From positions 2,604,335 through 2,668,334 of the forward strand of contig MU057342.1 of the NCBI GenBank assembly GCA_013239625.1: a stretch of DNA of 64,000 bases, read 5' to 3'. Under the pieces are notes generated by a model. The model saw only the letters and a list, made by a program, of their open reading frames with translations. It ran no database searches and was not told where the DNA came from. This DNA comes from Lama guanicoe (Eukaryota). Shown here piece by piece: positions 25,420 through 38,030 of the stretch (within the stretch, counting starts at the first letter, position 1; every line of letters begins with the position of its first letter). The position numbers were made by a program, and so were the translations under genes.

Positions 25420-25975
25420 TTGTATTTCATTTTTCAATTGTGCCAGANNNNNNNNNNNNNNNNNNNNNNNNNNNNNNNNNNNNNNNNNNNNNNNNNNNNN
25501 NNNNNNNNNNNNNNNNNNNNNNNNNNNNNNNNNNNNNNNNNNNNNNNNNNNNNNNNNNNNNNNNNNNNNNNNNNNNNNNNNNNCAACAATTCCTCCTTCC
25601 CCTCTTTCCCTAGCCCTCAGTGACCACTATTCTACTTTGTGTGTCTGTGAATTTAACTATTTTAGGTACCTCATGGAAGGGCAATCATACANNNNNNNNN
25701 NNNNNNNNNNNNNNNNNNNNNNNNNNNNNNNNNNNNNNNNNNNNNNNNNNNNNNNNNNNNNNNNNNNNNNNNNNNNNNNNNNNNNNNNNNNNNNNNNNNN
25801 NNNNNNNNNNNNNNNNNNNNNNNNNNNNNNNNNNNNNNNNNNNNNNNNNNNNNNNNNNNNNNNNNNNNNNNNNNNNNNNNNGTTATGAACACGGATGTAT
25901 AGATACCTTTTTGAGATCCTGGTTTTAATTCTTTTGGCTATACATCCAGAAGTGAAATGACTGGATCATATTGTC
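25420..25975 (-). mobile_element. L1M (L1MA/L1MB) 3' UTR, interrupted by N runs
   Basis: ccctagccctcagtgaccactattctactttgtgtgtctgtgaatttaactattttaggtacctcat; ttttaattcttttggctatacatccagaagtgaaatgactggatcatat. Confidence 0.85.
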
Positions 25976-28129
25976 CCAGGCTAATGTTAACATTAGTTTA
26001 TATACTGACAAGCACTAGGAACAGGAAGTGAAAGGAGGATTCCGAACAGGCACTGGGCATAACGACTATAATCAAGCAGCGGACTGCACCTCGCCAGACA
26101 GAATGCTGGGACCCTGTCACCTTGAGGAGCCATTTTTCTAAAAATGATAAACACCCACGGTGAGTTAGTCCCATCAACAACCTTAAGACCCCCGTCCTGC
26201 CTTAGAGGAAGTAAGGGTCTGGACATGAAGAGCCGGAGGGGAGGGGAGGGAGAGATCAAGAATCAAGGTATCAATAAGAGCTTTTGGGAGAAATTTTCCT
26301 TAGAGGAGCATCATGGGAATGACTGACAGTGTTTAGAAGTTTAATCTCTGCTTCCTGGCTTGGCCCAGTACCATGGTCCTATGGACAGCACTTCACTAAA
26401 TTCGCCGCTTTCCCGGTGGGCAGCGGTCACCCTAAATGAGGTGCTCCCTCACTTGAGCAGTCAGCTGAGGGCTCAGCAGGGGACACAGGGAGCCTCAGGT
26501 CTGGGCCAGGGGCACATCTCCATTTTTCCAAGACTAAGCTGATACCTCTGGGAGCTCAACCAGCAAATCATTTGCCCCACCTGGTTTGTGAAGATTTTCT
26601 CACAAGTCCACTGTCTCTCTATTTCATGGGAATCCTTGGGTTCACATTTGCTAAACTAAAGCCTAGGGCCTTGGGTATTTGTCCTCCAACCCCTCTTAAA
26701 ATGTGACAATTTGTACCTGGGGAAAAGCCCGAAGGTAAGCATTAACCCAGCAACTGCATATGTTTTGAGAAGGCTGAGAAGCACTGGGGCTGAGGGAAAA
26801 GCTTGCCCTCGGCAGTGAGCAGGTCACTGGTGACCTCTGAGCTGATTTAGCGAGGCTCAAGTTCAATTGCAAATGGTTAAAGAGCTGAGTGGACTAACAG
26901 AGATATAGGAGTACTGACCATATTTCTGGAACAGAGTTTGACAGAAAGAGTATCTGTAAAAGATAAAAAGATGATGTTCTGGAAATCTGGGCTGTGAGAT
27001 TGTGCAAGATACAGGGAAACTACTGATAAATGCAGGGCCTTTCTGTAGTCACACTATGGTCATTTGAATTTATGTAGAATTTAAGTAATGAGTAATTTCC
27101 AATCCTGGAGACTGGGGTGTAGGGAGGGAAAAATGACGAAACAGCATATTCCAGTGGTACATTTTTAAGCTAGTGTTTTGCAAGTATAATGGATTATTTC
27201 TATTCCTGTAAAACTCCATTTGTTTTAAAATAATGCCATTATTTGGGAATAGTCTGAGTCTCTTAATACCTCAGTTTCATTTTAATACATGACACCACAG
27301 ACAAATGTATCCCTTATGCAGAAAAAGCAAATTTTTTTCAGAGCTCCCCGCTGTGTAAGATAGTAAGCAACACAGTGTAGAAGGATGTATTCTGTTACAT
27401 GGTCTTTATTACTTAGGTGACTTTAGACAACTAATCCTTTCGAATCTCTGCTTTGTTATTAATAAAACAGACATAAAGTCTGCCTCGTGAGGTTGCTTTG
27501 ACCTCTAGAGCTAGCTTTTCTTCTCTTTTCTGCCGCAAAATGAAATCTATAGTCCTTGATGACACAAATTTTGATCAGATCAATACTTCACCATTTTTAC
27601 CCTACAAGTTGAAAGAGGAAAATCACATTATCTTTACAAGTTTTGCTCAACTGTTCAAAAATACACACTTGGGAGGGTAGAGGAAAAAAGGAAAGTAAGA
27701 AGGGCGGGCAGAGAGTGCAAGGAAGCAGCAAGAGGCATTGAGATGGTTTCACAAGAGAAAAGGGGAGAAAAGCAGAAAAAAAGTAAAAAATATGAGCAAG
27801 AAAGAAAAACACAAAGAAATGAGAGAAAGGTGATATTTTCAGATATGCATTGAAGTTTCAAAAGATATGTTTCAACGCATCAAGATACATTAGGCTGTCA
27901 TGACGTGACCACTGACAGGTCACTTACACTTGATCAGTTACAGAGCTCTCCTATGACAAAGAAAGGATTTGTATTAATTTCCAGCACCATCACTACCTCA
28001 AATTACAGCCCAAGTTTCAAATGTAATCTAGTGACGTACGGATTCAGAAGCAGTAAAAATGTCATGAAAATAACACCTGAATCATTTATCCAACTTGCCC
28101 TTGACTTTTTCACTAGAATCTAAGTCACC

Positions 28130-28255
28130 ACTCTGTTCCCCACTGAGGGCAGGAATCTTGATGTGTTTTATTATTTATGTATTTCAGGTGCTTAAAACAA
28201 TGTCTGGCATATGGCAGATGCTCAAAACACACTTGTTGCATAAATAGTCAATCGA
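28130..28255 (+). mobile_element. L2 3' end
   Basis: ctgagggcaggaatcttg...gtgcttaaaacaatgtctggcatatggcagatgctcaaaac. Confidence 0.75.
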
Positions 28256-28404
28256 AATTTATGATGAGATTGTGTCTACCAGCCCTGGTCTTGGCATCAA
28301 AGAAATAAAGATACATTTAAAACATGATCTCTCCGCTACAATATGGTGGGGGAAGAGAGTCATGTGAAAAGGCCTCGTAAACATGAGAAGCAGCGGCACA
28401 TACG

Positions 28405-28625
28405 TACGCTAAGTGTAGAGATGTTGGAGCCACATTACCTGAGTTTGACCCCATTCTTGCCAGTTTCTACCTGTGATGCCTTGGACAAGTTACTTAACCT
28501 CTCTGTGCCTCCTTTTTCTCATTTGTAAAGTGGGGCTATAACTCTGCAGGGGATATTACAAGGATCACATAAATTACCATTTGGGAAGTGTAAAGTACTT
28601 GATACAAAGTAAGTGCCAAGAAGGG
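28405..28625 (+). mobile_element. MIR SINE
   Basis: ctgtgatgccttggacaagttacttaacctctctgtgcctcctttttctcatttgtaaagtgggg. Confidence 0.85.
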
Positions 28626-28654
28626 CAACAGAAAAGAATAACAATGACAGATAA

Positions 28655-28795
28655 AGAGATGAGGGAACACTTTGGGAGGTGATGGATATGACTCTGGCCT
28701 TGATGGTGATGGTTTCACGGGTGTCTACTTATCTCTGAACTCTGGTTTTCATGTATCATTCATACCTCAATAAAGTGGTTTTTTAAAAAAGAAAG
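28655..28795 (+). mobile_element. L1M 3' end fragment
   Basis: tttgggaggtgatggatatgactctggccttgatggtgatggtttcacgggtgt...atacctcaataaagtggttttttaaaaaa. Confidence 0.75.
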
Positions 28796-28799
28796 AAAC

Positions 28800-29195
28800 G
28801 CAGAAGAGATTTAAAGCTTCTATAAGAGAGTTCAGAACACACCAGGCATAAAGAAAGGTAGATTCTGGGAACAGAAGTGGGGACGGCCAGGAAAGATTCA
28901 GAGAACAGGTGACCTTTGAGTTGAGTCTCCTGAGACAGGTCCCGCTTTGCCAGGTTGTCAGGACAAGGCAGCATCATGCAGAACAGTGTGAGCAAAGGCC
29001 TGGGGGCAAGTCCTGCCAGAAGGTGACTAAGGGCTAAGGTACGGCAATGGTGGTGGGAGAATGATGCTGGGCGTGTGGACCAGAGATGTGAAGGAGGTGG
29101 AGCCACTCCAGACACTGAGGAGCCCGCAGTGCTTACTACATGTGGATGGGAGGGGAAGTGAGAGACAGGGTCTAGGATGAGGGTGAGGAACAACA
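28800..29195 (-). mobile_element. L2 fragment
   Basis: caggtgacctttgagttgagtctc...ggcagcatcatgcagaacagtgtgagcaaaggcctgg. Confidence 0.6.
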
Positions 29196-29329
29196 GAAAA
29201 GAAGGTTGCTGGGCTTTTTTTTTTTTAATTGCACTTCAATGACTTGTTTTGTTCTTTAAGTCTTCTGTAAATAGCCATTTTTTAGAAACAAATGTTTATT
29301 TGGGGATTAGTCATCTAATTTGTAAAGTA

Positions 29330-29790
29330 ACAGTTTTAGATTTTTGTGTCCCCTTACAAAAGAAATATGTTTTCATTATAAACATTTTTTAAAAATACCA
29401 CTGGGCACTAAGAATAAAAGAAAAATTTACCTATCATCACATTTACACAATAATCATGACATTTTGATCTTTATCCTTTTCATAGTTTATATATCATATA
29501 TTAAAAAAATTTAATTGGAAAAATGGGATCACATGGTATCCCCTATTTTATAGCCTGATTTCAAAAAATTAAATGTGAACATGATTACAGGTCATTTAAT
29601 ACTCTTCTACACGATCAATTTTAATGACTTTCTAGTATTTCATTGCATGAATGTACCATAATTTATTTTTATCTACTCCCTTATGTGAATGTTTAAGTTG
29701 TTTTCCATTTTTTTCTATTACTGAACACTCCTGTTGACATATCTTTGCACACATCCTTGATTTTAGTGTTCATTTTAATGTACTTCGCCT
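29330..29790 (-). mobile_element. Old L1 (L1ME-type) 3' fragment
   Basis: AT-rich; aaaaatgggatcacat...ttttaatgactttctagtatttcattgcatgaatgtaccataatttattt...gtttaagttgttttcca. Confidence 0.75.
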
Positions 29791-30714
29791 GCACAATAAC
29801 ATCAAAGTGAGGAAAGGAAAGCAAAGTAAATACACATCATACTCTTTACAGGAATTACCCCAACCACAAACCCTTGGTCCTCCACCGTGGAAATGCCAAA
29901 TGCCTGCTGCGTGGGAGGCAGAACAGGGTGGTGGGAGAAACCCATTTGAGGTAGGGGACATCCTGCCTAGCCAGTGATTCCAGGAATCAGCATTCTGGTC
30001 CCTCCCTCTGCTACATTCCACAGAGCCCAGGCAGTCAGGAGCCCTGTCAGAGTCAGAGCAGCACAAATGAGCCAGGTAGGGTGGACCTCCTCCGGGTCCC
30101 CCTCCAGGAGACGGGCAACAGCCCAGCCCTCACGGCAGCGCAGCCGAGCACACCACAGCCTCCCTCCTTGCAGCCCTACTCAGACTGCGAGAGGAGAAGC
30201 CTTGGGTCGGGCATTCTGTCTCTCAGAGGGCCACATAGGCCTAGTACCCATCAAGCCAGAAAAGGACAATGGGAAGGAAAAGGAGAAGAAAGATAAAGAA
30301 CTCAGTCATCTGTACTGGCATGCTCCCGTCTCCCGGGCCACTATGAGGACACTGAGAGAGGAGGAGATGGGGGAGTAGGTGGTTTGGCTTCTGTGAGTGG
30401 AGTGGGGCGTGGGGCGGGGGGTAAATTAGGAGGGTGTCTGAAGAGTCTGCACCCCACTCAGAAATACAACAGTGGAATTAATCAACCAAAATAAAAACAG
30501 AGCACTTTTTCTTGCCAGTCTGCTCATCTGGAGAAGTGAATTCACCAGATCAGTGCCATTCCAGGCACTTTTTGAACCCTAGAATAAGGTCTAGTATTTT
30601 TAACTTAAAAGATTTTGGTTGCTTTCTAAAATTGATTATGTAAAGAACCATGAGCTATTAGTTCTGTCTTTGCTACAGTAGCGAACATCTTCTGGATAAG
30701 GTCTCCGCTTTCTC

Positions 30715-31600
30715 TTTCATTTGTTGGGTCATCGGCTCATCCATTCATCACACACTGATGAACCACTACTGGTTGGTAAACTGCTCTGCAGGACACAGCC
30801 TTGCCAGGTATTGTGCATAACAAGGTCACGACAAAACAGACACTCTCTCTCCTCACACAGCTTTGGACTGGTGGGGAGAGCACAATTAACAAAGAGGCAA
30901 ATAAATTATTAAGGATGAATTACTATGGAGAAATAAATAAGGAATCATCATGAGACTAACCAGGCAGACCTGCTTAGGGATGTCACACGAGGCATCTGAG
31001 AAGGGGTATAGCGGGGTTACCAGTCACCCAAGTGGCGAGTTTTCCTCCTAGGCACACAGGAAGCACACAGCCCCTTGCACCTAGGCAGGGTCATGTGGAA
31101 TGTGGGTACAAGTGACGCTCCTCACTTTTAGGTCAGGCCTAAACAATCCTCCACAGGCCTTTGATTTCCCCCCAGGTGAAAGCAGATGAATTCCAAGAAG
31201 GCCAAGGGATTGGAGGAGGTCACATGACAGAAAGGCTTGGTGACCATGTAGCACACAGGGCACTCCCCATTCTTATCCCGGATTCTCACACACGCATCAA
31301 TCACAATGGGCTGTGACCTGAGGAGCAAATAAATGCTCCTGTTTTAAACCACCAAGGTTTGGAGTTTTAGGTGACAGATGGTTCTGAATAACAGAAGAGG
31401 AAGGATGCAAAGAAATCAGCCGTTGGGAGATCTGGAACAAAAGCACGTAAGGCAAAGGAAGCAGCGTGAACCAAGGGGCAGGGCAGGAAGGCTGAGGAAC
31501 TGACAGAAAGCTGGAGGGCTGGAGTCAGGAGAGGGGAAAAGTAACATAAGGGAAGGCTGGAGTGACAGCACAGTCAGATGGTGAGGAGTTGGATTTATCA
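30715..31600 (-). mobile_element. L2 fragment split by an MLT1 LTR
   Basis: cattcatcacacactgatgaacc...aaaacagacactctctctcctcacacagcttt; resumes ggaacaaaagcacgtaaggcaaagg...ggagttggattt. Confidence 0.55.
31005..31385 (+). mobile_element. MLT1I/J/K-type MaLR LTR
   Basis: ttcctcctaggcacacaggaag...agccccttgcacctaggcagggtcatgtg...gtgggtacaagtgac...aataaatgctcctgttttaaaccaccaaggtttgg. Confidence 0.65.
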
Positions 31601-31718
31601 AACTTCCTCTAGGCTTTTACAACGCCCCCAGAACCATTATTTGCATGTCATGGTACCCAGTAGATACCATTAACTGGTTTATTTAAATGACCAAAATCCA
31701 GAAAAGTACAACACGAAG

Positions 31719-32160
31719 GGCATTGGTTTTCTATTGCTGCTGTAACAAACTTACTATTACAGTTCTGGAGGTTAGAAGTTCAAATGGGACTCACTGGACT
31801 AAAATCAGTGTCAGCTGGGCTCGGTTCCTTCTGGAGGCCTAAGGAAGACTCTGTTTTCTTGCTTTTCCAGCTTCTAGAAACTGTCTGCATTCCTTGGCTC
31901 ATGGCCCTTTTCTCTCTCTTCAAAAGCCAACAGCATAGCATCCTCAAATCTTTCTCTGACTTTGCCCCTAAAGCTTCCCTCTTCCACTTAAAACGACTCT
32001 TGTGATTACACTGGACCCACCCAGATAATCCAGGATCATCTCCCCATCAGCCTTAATTCCATCTGCAATCTTACTTCCCCTTGGCCACGTAACAACATAG
32101 TCCCAGGTTCCAGGGATTAGAAGGAAGACCTCTTTGGGGGTTGTTATCCTGCCCACCACA
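31719..32160 (-). mobile_element. MLT1C/MLT1D MaLR solo LTR
   Basis: ttttctattgctgctgtaacaaac...acagttctggaggttagaagttc...tgtgattacactggacccacccagataatccaggat...ttatcctgcccaccaca. Confidence 0.9.
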
Positions 32161-33624
32161 CTAGGAATGCCATTAGTTGTGAGTTGAGGTTGACTAAACC
32201 ATAGTCATCAATCTTGTAACTCATGGACCCCTTTTATTATTTTCCCCCAAACTGAATTTTCCAAAGATTTGCTTTCCAAAGCAAATCAAATTTATTACAT
32301 AATTACTTACAGATACTGATTTCCATGTAGATTTTTTAATTAGGCTTTTCAAAAGTATAAAAGAGGTTGCAGAACTCTAAAAAATATTCGAAGTGATCCT
32401 GGGTTGAGGACCATCAGAATTACAGAAAACTGGATTTCTCAAATCTCAATTTTCTAGGCCTGGTCAAAGGATTTAGCTGAAAGGGAAAAAACAAACGCTG
32501 ATAGGATGGATCTGGGTACATCCCCCCTTCTTTTGCCCCCCAAATGGGGCTTTGGAGCTGCTCCCTTAAAAATGTCACCACAATAAAATTATATTCTTAA
32601 TACTAAAGAGGCTTGAACATAATGAATCACATCTGAAATGACAAGGACTAATTATTTAACATGCTTCACACCTCTGGAGGGAGATGTTCATTACTGTGCT
32701 AAAGGACTGAAACCTGGGAAGTCCACAGAATGCAGATCACCCAAAGCAATGCCCCTTGAGCTCACCTGATTACGTTCCCGCGTCATCCCTCAAGGACGCT
32801 AACAAAGCTGCTGGGACAGGAGGGAGTTTGCGGCAGTTCTTACCTATTGATTGTCCTGGATTCAGTGGACTGCCCAACATCTAAGTAATCAACAAAACAC
32901 TTGAAAAATCACCTTGGACACAAGATTCCCTGGACCTTTGTTTGCTCTCAGAGGGTGAATCTGTCACATACAGCAGTTCATGCAGCATCTGCTGGACCAT
33001 TTGGTTCTTTTTTGTAGCTCCCAGGATCTCCTTTTCCTACTGTGTCCCCGAGTTGATACTTGCCTTCTTGGCAATCAGCACTCTCGTCAGTGATACATCA
33101 TAGAGGGATTTTGTCTTCCCATCACTATCCTTCCTACGCTTTTTGCTTTGTGGATCCTCTTCATTGTTTATTAAACAAGCTACTCAATCAGAATGTTCTC
33201 CTTTCTTTCACATGATGCCAGTACTTCCATTTTCAGGAGATACTAACAATTAACTTCTCAGGAAATGTTTACATTGACTACAGTTTTTAAGCTTGAAACA
33301 CGCTCCCAGGAAACTGATAAAGCAATATGATGCTTTCAGATCTGCTTCTTAAGACACAGCTAGTTTAGGGACCAAAGGTTTCTTGGCTCACACTGTGTGC
33401 TACTAAATCAACAAACATTCACACACCAGCTTCCCCTTCTAAAGGGGACCTAACTCACAATGGGGCTGAAAGCAAGTCACAGAACTGAGAACATTCTGAG
33501 ATATTTACCTGACACTGAGTCTGCATCTTTCTCACCTAGATGTGAGCATTCTAGGTTTGGAAAACAGAAATCTAACATGTAAATAATATTCAAGTCTAAG
33601 TATTTGTCTAAAAAGATCTGGGGG

Positions 33625-33700
33625 GGTCATTTCCCCATCTCAAGGTCAGTTGATCAGCAGCCTTAATTCCATCTGCAGTCTTACTTCCCCTTTGCCACGG
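33625..33700 (-). mobile_element. Short MLT1D fragment
   Basis: catctcaaggtcagttgatcagcagccttaattccatctgcagtcttacttcccctttgccacg. Confidence 0.75.
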
Positions 33701-33823
33701 GGGTAGGGGAACAGGGAGAGAAAAAGAGAAGGGGTGAGGAGAGCGGAAAAAGAGGGGGAGAATTAGAAGAGGAGGAGGCTGGGGAAGAGGAGGAAGAGGG
33801 AGAGGGAGGGAAGGCAAGAGAGG
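33700..33823. repeat. GA-rich polypurine tract
   Basis: ggggaacagggagagaaaaagagaagggg...aggaggaagagggagagggagggaagg. Confidence 0.85.
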
Positions 33824-34792
33824 TCCACCTGATGTGGGTGGGCTTTCTTATTCAGAAGAATAAGATGTGGGCATGAAGAGTTACTTTCTTGGGCAGCTTT
33901 CCACACAAGTAGATGTTACCAGACTTTGCATTCTGTGCAATGTCAACCAAATAGCTAACTCTACAATTGCCTTGATTACTTGGTCTCTAAAAATTATCTA
34001 AAAGTTATTGACTCAATTTCCACTTTATCATGCCTCTAAGATTTAGCAAATGCAAATTTTTCTTACAAATCACAAGCTTTGTAATAAATCAGGGTAAGCG
34101 TCAAAACTAAGAAAACAAAAGTCATAGAAGAAACTATCCCTATTGAAATGCCGGATGCTGAATAGTTACTTCATGATTTTCGACAAGTAGAACATGAGCA
34201 GCAGACGAAGGGATGTGCTCCCTGTGTCCCTTCTGCCCCAGCACCTAACAGGAGTGCCTGACACACTGACAGCTCAAAAATCTTTGTTGGATATGGGCAC
34301 TGTATATCTCTCGGAAACCTTAATATTTGTAACTACTATTTTGAACAAGCAAAATTCATGGGCTGTAGGCAACTTTATCTTTGTCTCCCATTGTCGAAAC
34401 TTTACATTTATTCTGGTGGGGTTTAATTTAGGGCAAATCCCATGTCTTTCAGATTACTTTTGATTTCTAAAAAGTTTGTCAGCAACTCAACTCAAAAAAC
34501 ACAAAGTAGAGTAATGAATACGTTAAGTCCAGTGTAATAACATTTTCAATGTAATAATATTTTAAACTTGATTCAAAGTTACAGCTTCCTCCACTTTCCT
34601 GGCTCAGCCTGCTTCTGGCTAGTTGCCTGAGGTAGAAGATCTCTCTTCCCTCCCTGCCTTTTTATCCTTCTCACTAACTGCAGTTTCTGATTCCTCCAGG
34701 TCAGGGTGGAGGGGAGAGAAGGGAAAGGAAAGGTCTTACTGCTAAAAGGTGGCTTAGGCGCCTTCACAACAATTATTGAAAGTATACTCTAT

Positions 34793-35101
34793 CGGGGACA
34801 TAGAAAACAAACTGTGGTTCCTGGAGGTGGGGGGGGGGGGGGGGGTAGGAGAGAGCAGGAGGGATTGATTAGGAGTTTGGGATTAATAGATACACATTAC
34901 TTCATATAAAATAGATAAACAACAAGGACCTACAGTATAGCACAGGGAACTCTATTCAACTTCTTGCAAGGAGCCATAATGGAATAATGGAAAAGAATCT
35001 GAAAAAAAATATATGTATGTATATGTATAACTGAATCGCTTTGCTGTACACCTGAAACTAACATTGTAAATCAACTACACTTCAATAAAAATAAGAAAAA
35101 G
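34793..35101 (+). mobile_element. 5'-truncated artiodactyl-type L1 3' end with TSD
   Basis: catagaaaacaaactgtggtt...ggagtttgggattaatagatacac...atagataaacaacaaggacctacagtatagcacagggaac...gctgtacacctgaaactaacattgtaaatcaactacacttcaataaaa; AGTATACTCTAT at 34781-34792 and 35102-35113. Confidence 0.9.
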
Positions 35102-37016
35102 AGTATACTCTATACCTGAAACTAAAACACTGTTGTAAGTGTATATATATACTTCAATGATATATATGCTACTTCAACTATGTGTACTTCAAGTATATAC
35201 TACTATACTTCAATTTAAAAAAAAAAGAAGGAAAGAAGAAATATCACATATGCAAAATATACTCTTTTTTTCCTGGGGTAATTTCATGGGTTCCCCACAA
35301 TCACAGGGGATCTCCCACCTCAGGTATCTTTAATGCAGGCAAATGCTACAGGGCTCCTTTCTAGGCTACGGGAAATCTAGAGGCTCACCCTGCTTTGGGT
35401 GTCACTTTCCCCTTCAAGTGACTCTCCCAGACAGGATCTAAATTGACCCCATGCCAGCTGTCCCTGGAGCTCAGTTTATATTTCCTTCATGGGAAACAGT
35501 CACTCCTCTGCCCTGACAAATTCTAGATGTCCATTGGGCCCCTAGTCTAAGAGCAACCTGCCCTCTAGATTTTCCAGGGGTGAGTCAGGCCCCAGTCCAC
35601 GTGTCCCCCAAAATGCAGAGGACACTTATTAAACCCTTCAAGAGGTCTGGCGAAAGCTGCTCTTTGTGTACTTGAAGAAAGAGGCAAGTACACTTCATCC
35701 TTTTTTTAGGGAAGATGAGATTTGGACATAGCACATGGTTCGCTCCAAACTTCTAACCATCCATCTCATTACACCCTCAATGCGAGTGAGGAGTCAGAGT
35801 CACAAACCAGTTTGTGTGCGTGTCCTTCCCAAATTCTGAAGTGGCACATTTGCTGTATTGGGTATTCAGCCAACACTGAATTAAGATAGTTTCATTTTTA
35901 CATAATATTACATAAGAATATTCCATTTTATCCTAAAATAGGAACATGGAGATTTCCAAAGCAGACTAAGCAAGAGAGTTATTGTTCACTTTATCACATT
36001 TTACAATTTTTAATGCTGTTTGGTTATGAGGTATCATCTCTCTCTCCAATTACAGCTTGGCTAAGCCTCTCTGAATATGGGTTTTCATTTGCTCCCTCAG
36101 TCATTTTTGGTTTCTTAACTCTCAGCTATGCTTCACATCATATAAATCTCTCGGGGATACCAAAGGATCAGGTTTTAGTCATCTGCAAATCTGGTTTGCT
36201 TCACTAATTTATGTCCTCCACTCTCCCTGAACGTCTATTAAACCGTGGGGTTGAAACATTAGAGTTAGGAGATTATTTTTAAGTATTAACCCCAATGGCT
36301 CTTTGTGTATTTGTTCTGTATTTTGTCCCAGGACCCAGTGACCCTTGCTCATGCAATCAGCTAGGACTACTGCTTTCATGACTTTAGAGAGAAGCAATGA
36401 CACAGTACAATGGCAGAAAACAAAGAAATCAATTCTTTTCTGTTTGAAAATCCTGGGTCCTGGTATGGGCTAAAGATTTGGAAGGTCGGGTGTTAAGTAA
36501 GCAAAGGCTTTGATAAAGTCCCACGGACGGGGGAAGCTAGCAGACCAGTGGAGGGTGGTAGGATGGTATTAGAGGCTGAGGGTGGGGGGTGGGGGTTCCT
36601 GAGAAGAGGCTCTGTGACTGAGGTGGCCCCAGATTGGCCCTAATGCCCCCACACACCATAAGAACAAGTGAATGATTCCTATGCACCCCAAAGGGAGCAC
36701 GTAAGTGGAGGCAAGGCATATACAGACGCCAAGCTCCCCCAAGGAAAGAACGATCTCCATGAACCAAATGTGTCATGAAAGTAACTCAGAGAGAGGCAGA
36801 CCTTAAGCTGTCTTGCTGTGGGAAATACGGGTGACCACAGCATATGACTCCAAGGAATGGCGGACTGGGGACCAGGAAACAGACACCAGCATCAACACAA
36901 TACAGCAGAGAGAAGTCAGCCTGCTGCCCCTGGTGTGAGACACTGAGCAAGGCTCCTGGGAGCCAGACAGGCTGAAGGGTGGGTGGGTCAGACCTCTAAG
37001 CGCGCTGGCCCCAGGG

Positions 37017-37452
37017 NNNNNNNNNNNNNNNNNNNNNNNNNNNNNNNNNNNNNNNNNNNNNNNNNNNNNNNNNNNNNNNNNNNNNNNNNNNNNNNNNNNN
37101 NNNNNNNNNNNNNNNNNNNNNNNNNNNNNNNNNNNNNNNNNNNNNNNNNNNNNNNNNNNNNNNNNNNNNNNNNNNNNNNNNNNNNNNNNNNNNNNNNNNN
37201 NNNNNNNNNNNNGGCAGGAGGCCACGTGAATACGGAGGCGGAGACTGGGGTGATGCAGCTACAAGTCAAGGAACGCCACGGCTTGCTGGGACTGCCAGGA
37301 GAGAGGCGGGGAGGATTCTTCCCTACGGCCTGGAGAGGGAGCGGGCCCTGCTGACACCTTCAGACTTCTGGTCTCCAGAACCGTGAGAGAACGTGTTCCT
37401 TGTTCTGAGCTGCCCTGCTGTAGCTTGTCGCGGCAGCCCTAGGGAACTAACA
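37017..37452 (+). mobile_element. MLT1B/C MaLR LTR (5' part hidden by N run)
   Basis: ggaggccacgtgaatacggaggcggagactggggtgatgcagctacaagtcaaggaacgcc...ccctgctgacaccttcagacttctggtctccagaaccgtgagaga...ggcagccctagggaactaaca. Confidence 0.85.
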
Positions 37453-37829
37453 TGGCCCCTGAGCACACTGCGTCTGCACAGATGGCGCTTAGCAGGAGCC
37501 CAGTGACGCGTGGGGTAGCCAGAGCCCAGGAAGTCCCATCCAGACGGGAAGGAGCCAAAAGCTCCCTAGAAACCTCGAACTTCCATCTGACTGGAGGTCT
37601 TGACAGTTCTGAGGTTGATGGGAAGCTCTGCTCTCAAGAGGAGGTCCATTTTGGGGTTCAGTGGGGATCTAAATGCAGCACCAAGGAGAATGCTTGCTCC
37701 GGAGAGAGGCTTTTAGATGCTCCCGGCCTTTTCATGGTATCCTGCACTCCGGATGACCCAGAGCCTGCCCAGGACTCCCCTCATGCTTTCTCTGAAAGGA
37801 GAATGAGGCGCAATGACAAGGGCTGCAAG

Positions 37830-38030
37830 ATTTGGACTCAGAACACTACGACAGATCCTTCTTCCAGCCCTGGCTTAGCTAGGTGACCTTGGCATGTCGC
37901 TTAAACCTGTTGTCCTCATCTCATCTCATCTCTCTCCAGTATGTGCATGACACTACTTGCCCTGCTTAATCTCAAAGGATTAACAGAATGAAAACACTCT
38001 TTGAGTCTAAATGCACTATGTAGAAAGAAG
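37830..38030 (+). mobile_element. MIR fragment
   Basis: tagctaggtgaccttggcatgtcgcttaaacct...ctcaaaggattaacagaatg. Confidence 0.55.

Noticed and set aside
26364-26392. Split REST/RE1-like site (ccagtacc...ggacagcac)
   Set aside because: Left half mismatched and spacing non-canonical; too weak to call.
32266-32287. 10-bp inverted repeat gatttgcttt-cc-aaagcaaatc
   Set aside because: Single short palindrome with no supporting context.
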